From Ascidiella aspersa (Eukaryota), in the NCBI GenBank assembly GCA_963924565.1, contig OZ004607.1, forward strand, positions 8,246,001 through 8,310,000: a DNA stretch of 64,000 nucleotides, written 5' to 3'. Made by a program: the position numbers and the translations under genes. The notes below the pieces were generated by a model that was not told where the DNA came from, searched no databases, and saw only the letters and a program-made list of their open reading frames with translations. This document shows positions 60,601-64,000 of the stretch, piece by piece; position 1 is the stretch's first letter; each line of letters begins with the position of its first letter.

Positions 60601-63600
60601 TATGGTAATTTCTCAAAGCTCCCACTGATCCTACTTAGCCCAATCGGTAGGATGACGGTCACGGTTTGTTCGAAGTCGTGAGTTCGAATCACACCGCAGG
60701 CTAGTTTTGCGAACATAATGCATCAGACAATGGTGGTGTAACACTTTCTCAAACCTCCCATTGCGCAACCCGAAATGTAGGACGACGGTCACGGTTTGGT
60801 CGAGGTCGAGAGTTCGAACCTCACCGCAGGCTAGATGTGCGCTATAGCTCAGGCTTGCTTAACCAAGGGTCACCAAACTACGGCCCGCGTGACCGATCCA
60901 ATACGCCGAAAAACCCTTTTGTCTCGTGGCACATTTTCAATTAATCCTAGAATACGAGTTTGTCGATACCTTTTGAACTTAATGAAAAATTGATCAAGCT
61001 TTTATATTTCATTCGTTGTGTAGTAATTAACATAAATAAGGTCGATGTATAACGATTAACATAAATAAAAAAATTGATGGCCCGGAATCGCCAATCCATG
61101 GGATCCATGGGCATGGGCATCTACGCGATGCCTTACCGACGGCGCCGGCATACTGGTAAGAGTTAGTAAAGTACTTTGCAAATGAAAGTTACGCGACCAC
61201 GTAAAAGGTTACGTTTACGTATGAACGTGATGTCACGCATAGTGAAAATTGTTACAACTTTACGCAAAGTTACGTTCACGCATATACGGCCAAGTTTCGG
61301 AAAATATTCTCCTAAAGTACTTAAAACGGGAGACGTAGATACGCGAGCCAACGTTTACGCAAATTTATACACACAAACGCAAAAAAAATATCAGAGTACG
61401 TAAATAAACGTTTAAAAATATATTATCATGCAATGGACTAATTCAAACGCCAGGATATTAAACTTGGGTTTGTGTTTTCACGTGTAGTAGAAAACCTTAA
61501 TCAATGCAATGTTTTGAGTCAAAATGTTGAATCAAGCTTGTTAAATTATGATTAGCGTTTTTTGGCAATGGCAAAGTATACATTTTGCAAGAACAATCAG
61601 AAAGAAAAACAATGATTAAACTGGCAATTGTATTCACAGGCACAAGTTTAAGTACGAATCCCGCTTTGGTTCCACTTCGACCTTTGAGTCTGAAATATAC
61701 CTAAATACTTGGAATATCAAAATTGTGTGGTTCGATTTGCCGAATTGGTTGCCCACATCTAAACTTTTACTCGAACAAAAAGTAGAAGATTTTATTGGCC
61801 CAGACTGACTCCTTGCCAGCACGGAAGCTCGCAGAAAAACAAACATAATCTCTTGCCTCACTTTGTTAAAAACTTGAACTTTCAAGCCTATAGCGGTAAA
61901 AGTTTACGAATTTGTTTAGTTTTTAAACATAGAACAAAAGTGATAAAATGGTTTAAAACTGCATGCAAAAAGCATGCACTTTGATTTTGGTGTTTGTGCG
62001 AAAGACGTGCTTAGTGATTGTGTGCCGCTTGCAAAAAGCATGCTCAGTAATTAAGGTGCGCATGCAGCAGACATGCTCTATATCATAACGCAGTTGCCTG
62101 AAAAGTGCAACCAAAAAAAAACATGCCAGTTTTGGTGTCCGGTGTCCACTGGATGTCGCCAGCGATCCCCCACATCCAGCTGAGTCCGAAGCTGGAGATC
62201 GGAAGCTTGGAGGAGGACTGGCGCGAATCTGAGGAGAAAATCCGCTACAAAGCAGTGGTTCTCAAACTGGCGTTCGTGAGAAAGTTTGGGGTCCGTGAGG
62301 GGCATGTTTTACTGTAATTGCTAGAAGCCATTTGAATAAGACAGACGATTTGAGAAGTTTGATAGACCGTTTTTGTTTTATCGATATTTTTTTGAAAAAC
62401 AGCCATGGGACGAAGGGGCTCTGTAAACTGTAGAGTGCTACTCTTGTCTGTTGCTATGCTAGCTGAGTTTGTGAATCATGACAAAATGGCAATTTTGAAA
62501 AAAAAATAACATCAGCAACGTTTATAACTGATGGCGGGTTGAAAAATGCCTTTTAATGTTGTAATGTCATCCATTTTGCTTGCTTGAGTAAAGTGATGAC
62601 GTTATTTGGTATCGGATCGGATCGAGATTCCTTTTGTCCTAAACCGGGATAGGTACCGGAATAAAAAAACGTCGTTTTGAGCTTTCTTATTGGCAGCCAA
62701 GCAATGCAATATTCACCATATTTTATTGGAAATTTAACAACATGCTCTTTAATAAAAATAAGGCAGTCCTACAAGTTTACGGAAGTGATGGACACTGTTG
62801 ATGACGTAATGTTGATGGCGCAATCCACTAACAGGGCAAAGTTTCGCAGTTCGCATGCTTTCAGCCAAATCCAGTGAACAACGTGAACAAATTATCATAA
62901 AAATCCCCCAAATTAAAAAAGATGATTTTTTAGAGTTTAAAAATAGAAAATCTCCGCACCAACGCAACGATATTAAAAACCTTCAAAAAGTTTATAACGT
63001 TATTCGGTATGAAAAAAAGGTACATAACATATAAAGTAACGGCAAATGAAAAAAAGAAAGCCAGATGGCGATTCTACCGCTACACTTAAAAGAAACTCAA
63101 GAAAATAAAAATCAACCTACGATAAAACGGTAAAAAAACGTGTTTAGACATGTCTGTACCTTTGGTGTAGTTTTCTGCTGGGTTCGGGTTCAGCGACCAC
63201 GATATACTTTCGTTTCCCGGGAGGAATTTCATGTTTTTGCCAGCGGAGGGACTGGAACCGTCTGAACCTCCGCTAGCAGAGTCGTTGTAATCTTGTCGGA
63301 TCGTCATGTAACGCTGAAAACTAACACTGGAAACGAAGAAAGATAGAAATAGTCGCGTTCTAATATTGTTGAGCAAAGCAGTTTGCGTCTTGTTGGCCGT
63401 GTGTGTCATTCCCTGATGAAGAATTTCCGAATAGTTAGCCGCAACGTTGGACAAACAAATAAATACCAGAATAACTTATTTTCAGTATACTATGCCTGGT
63501 AGCAGCAGCAAATGTATTAAACTGGTGTCTAATAAATGTTTTGGTGGTCGATTTAGGTGTTAGGTCAAAAAATTTTGGTCCAAACCGTTTCATTCAGCTT

Positions 63601-63795
63601 TAGCTACAAAATGAGTTTGGTGTTATGTTGGTATCCCAACCTGGTGTTGGTCGAATCGTAGCTGGCGGGAGGACTCAATCCCTCCGAAAGGCTGGATCCG
63701 TTGCACATCTCCTCATCCGACTTTTCCGAGGTCCGACGACTGCGGGATATCGACCTTGTAAGTGGGTTTTGATGGTGCAACACCAGCGCTTCACC
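48236..63795 (-). CDS. DEPDC5: GATOR1 subunit DEPDC5/Iml1 ortholog, 3' part (5' exons off-window)
   Basis: 18 phase-consistent exons (2937 nt): 63641-63795, 63160-63326, 62127-62228, 60404-60542, 59316-59557, 58299-58422, 57265-57430, 56579-56706, 55621-55741, 54482-54721, 53774-53880, 53015-53147, 52593-52698, 51799-52016, 50302-50460, 49284-49449, 49077-49143, 48236-48632. Motifs [81 protein letters not shown]..RL. The 60404 donor could instead be 60383 (same phase). Confidence 0.92.
51066..51273 (+). mobile_element. Dimeric tRNA-derived SINE-like element (two tRNA-like units)
   Basis: Units 51066-51140 and 51199-51273, each with A box (GCTCAGTTGGTAGAGC), T-arm GTGAG-TTCGAAY-CTCAC and an acceptor stem GCCTGTG/CACGGGC. 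Confidence 0.75.
52593..53880 (-). CDS. DEPDC5: DEPDC5 DEP-domain exons (53774-53880, 53015-53147, 52593-52698)
   Basis: EIINGMKDPECGL..TFVSLEAVHWALANVSGLETIDDACKLFE|TLCRYSMIVPSSG..FVYGYVFYRI fits the DEP domain; missed by the ORF track. Confidence 0.85.
53244..53448. mobile_element. hAT MITE (left TIR decayed)
   Basis: Right end CCCAGTTTAAGAACCCCTG as in 45022-45355; perfect flanking CGTTAGAG duplication. Confidence 0.7.
54331..54486 (-). repeat. ~26-29-nt tandem array containing a DEPDC5 splice donor
   Basis: About 6 units TGAGG(G/T)TGAGTCGGCAT(T)nGCT. Confidence 0.85.
59098..59310. repeat. ~57-61-bp minisatellite (about 4 units) abutting a DEPDC5 donor
   Basis: Recurrent TTCTCATAGGAACTCTAAAA..CCCTAAAACGCCATAATCC. 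Confidence 0.85.
59560..59935. repeat. ~185-200-bp diverged tandem duplication starting at a DEPDC5 acceptor
   Basis: CACGCCTCACGGGTGCAGCTTT..AGTCGGTTGA twice; ACAATAAAAAG and AAGAAGTGGT anchors twice. Confidence 0.8.
60628..60860 (+). mobile_element. Dimeric tRNA-derived SINE-like element, second copy
   Basis: Two units ending GTCGTGAGTTCGAATCACACCGCAGGCTAG and GTCGAGAGTTCGAACCTCACCGCAGGCTAG; a partial monomer also lies at ~57180-57230. Confidence 0.72.
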
Positions 63796-64000
63796 CTGGA
63801 TAGAATTGGGTATTTTTTAGCGTTTTTTGCCGCATGTTGGCAAACTTAAGTATTAGTTAATTTCATACTGCTGCCAAAAAGATTTCTTTTTTTGTTGTTG
63901 TCATACAAAGCATTTATTTCGTAAAAGTCCTAAATTAAATAAATTGTAGCATAATGTTTATAAATAGACTGTACCACGTGTCCATTAAAAAGCTACATAC

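Noticed and set aside
63301-63320. TTTTCAG acceptor at 63314 for the DEPDC5 exon
   Set aside because: With the phase-2 upstream exon it gives an immediate TGA; the acceptor at 63327 keeps the frame.

Overview
AT-rich, intron-rich animal DNA. Gene structure, repeat content and CpG mosaicism suggest an invertebrate chordate such as an ascidian (inference, not proven). I reconstructed four minus-strand genes exon by exon, with consistent splice phases. (1) A TRAF6-like gene, 12 coding exons from 31829 to 4372; its last exon lies left of the window, and it has two ~9 kb introns. (2, 3) Two tandem 4-exon SLC16/MCT-type transporter paralogs at 35340-37892 and 42035-44855. (4) The 3' 18 exons of a DEPDC5/Iml1 (GATOR1) ortholog at 48236-63795. 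Between the MCT paralogs is a decayed Penelope-like retroelement (GIY-YIG) with a hammerhead ribozyme. The window also holds many hAT/Buster-type MITEs with 8-bp nnnTAnnn target-site duplications (TSDs), some nested, and a dimeric tRNA-derived SINE-like family. The most unusual pattern is tandem arrays built from the splice sites themselves: a 22-nt CAG|GTCAGT array at the MCT exon-1 donor, a ~27-nt GAGG|GTGAGT array at a DEPDC5 donor, and duplicated acceptors. Other points of interest: two GC-AG introns in DEPDC5, an Arg-to-Cys change at the MCT substrate-binding site in one paralog, a Tyr-motif insertion in TRAF6, and two Ciona-SL-like exon+donor motifs. Almost all ORFs in the supplied track are spurious or exon read-throughs. 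All alignments were done by eye.
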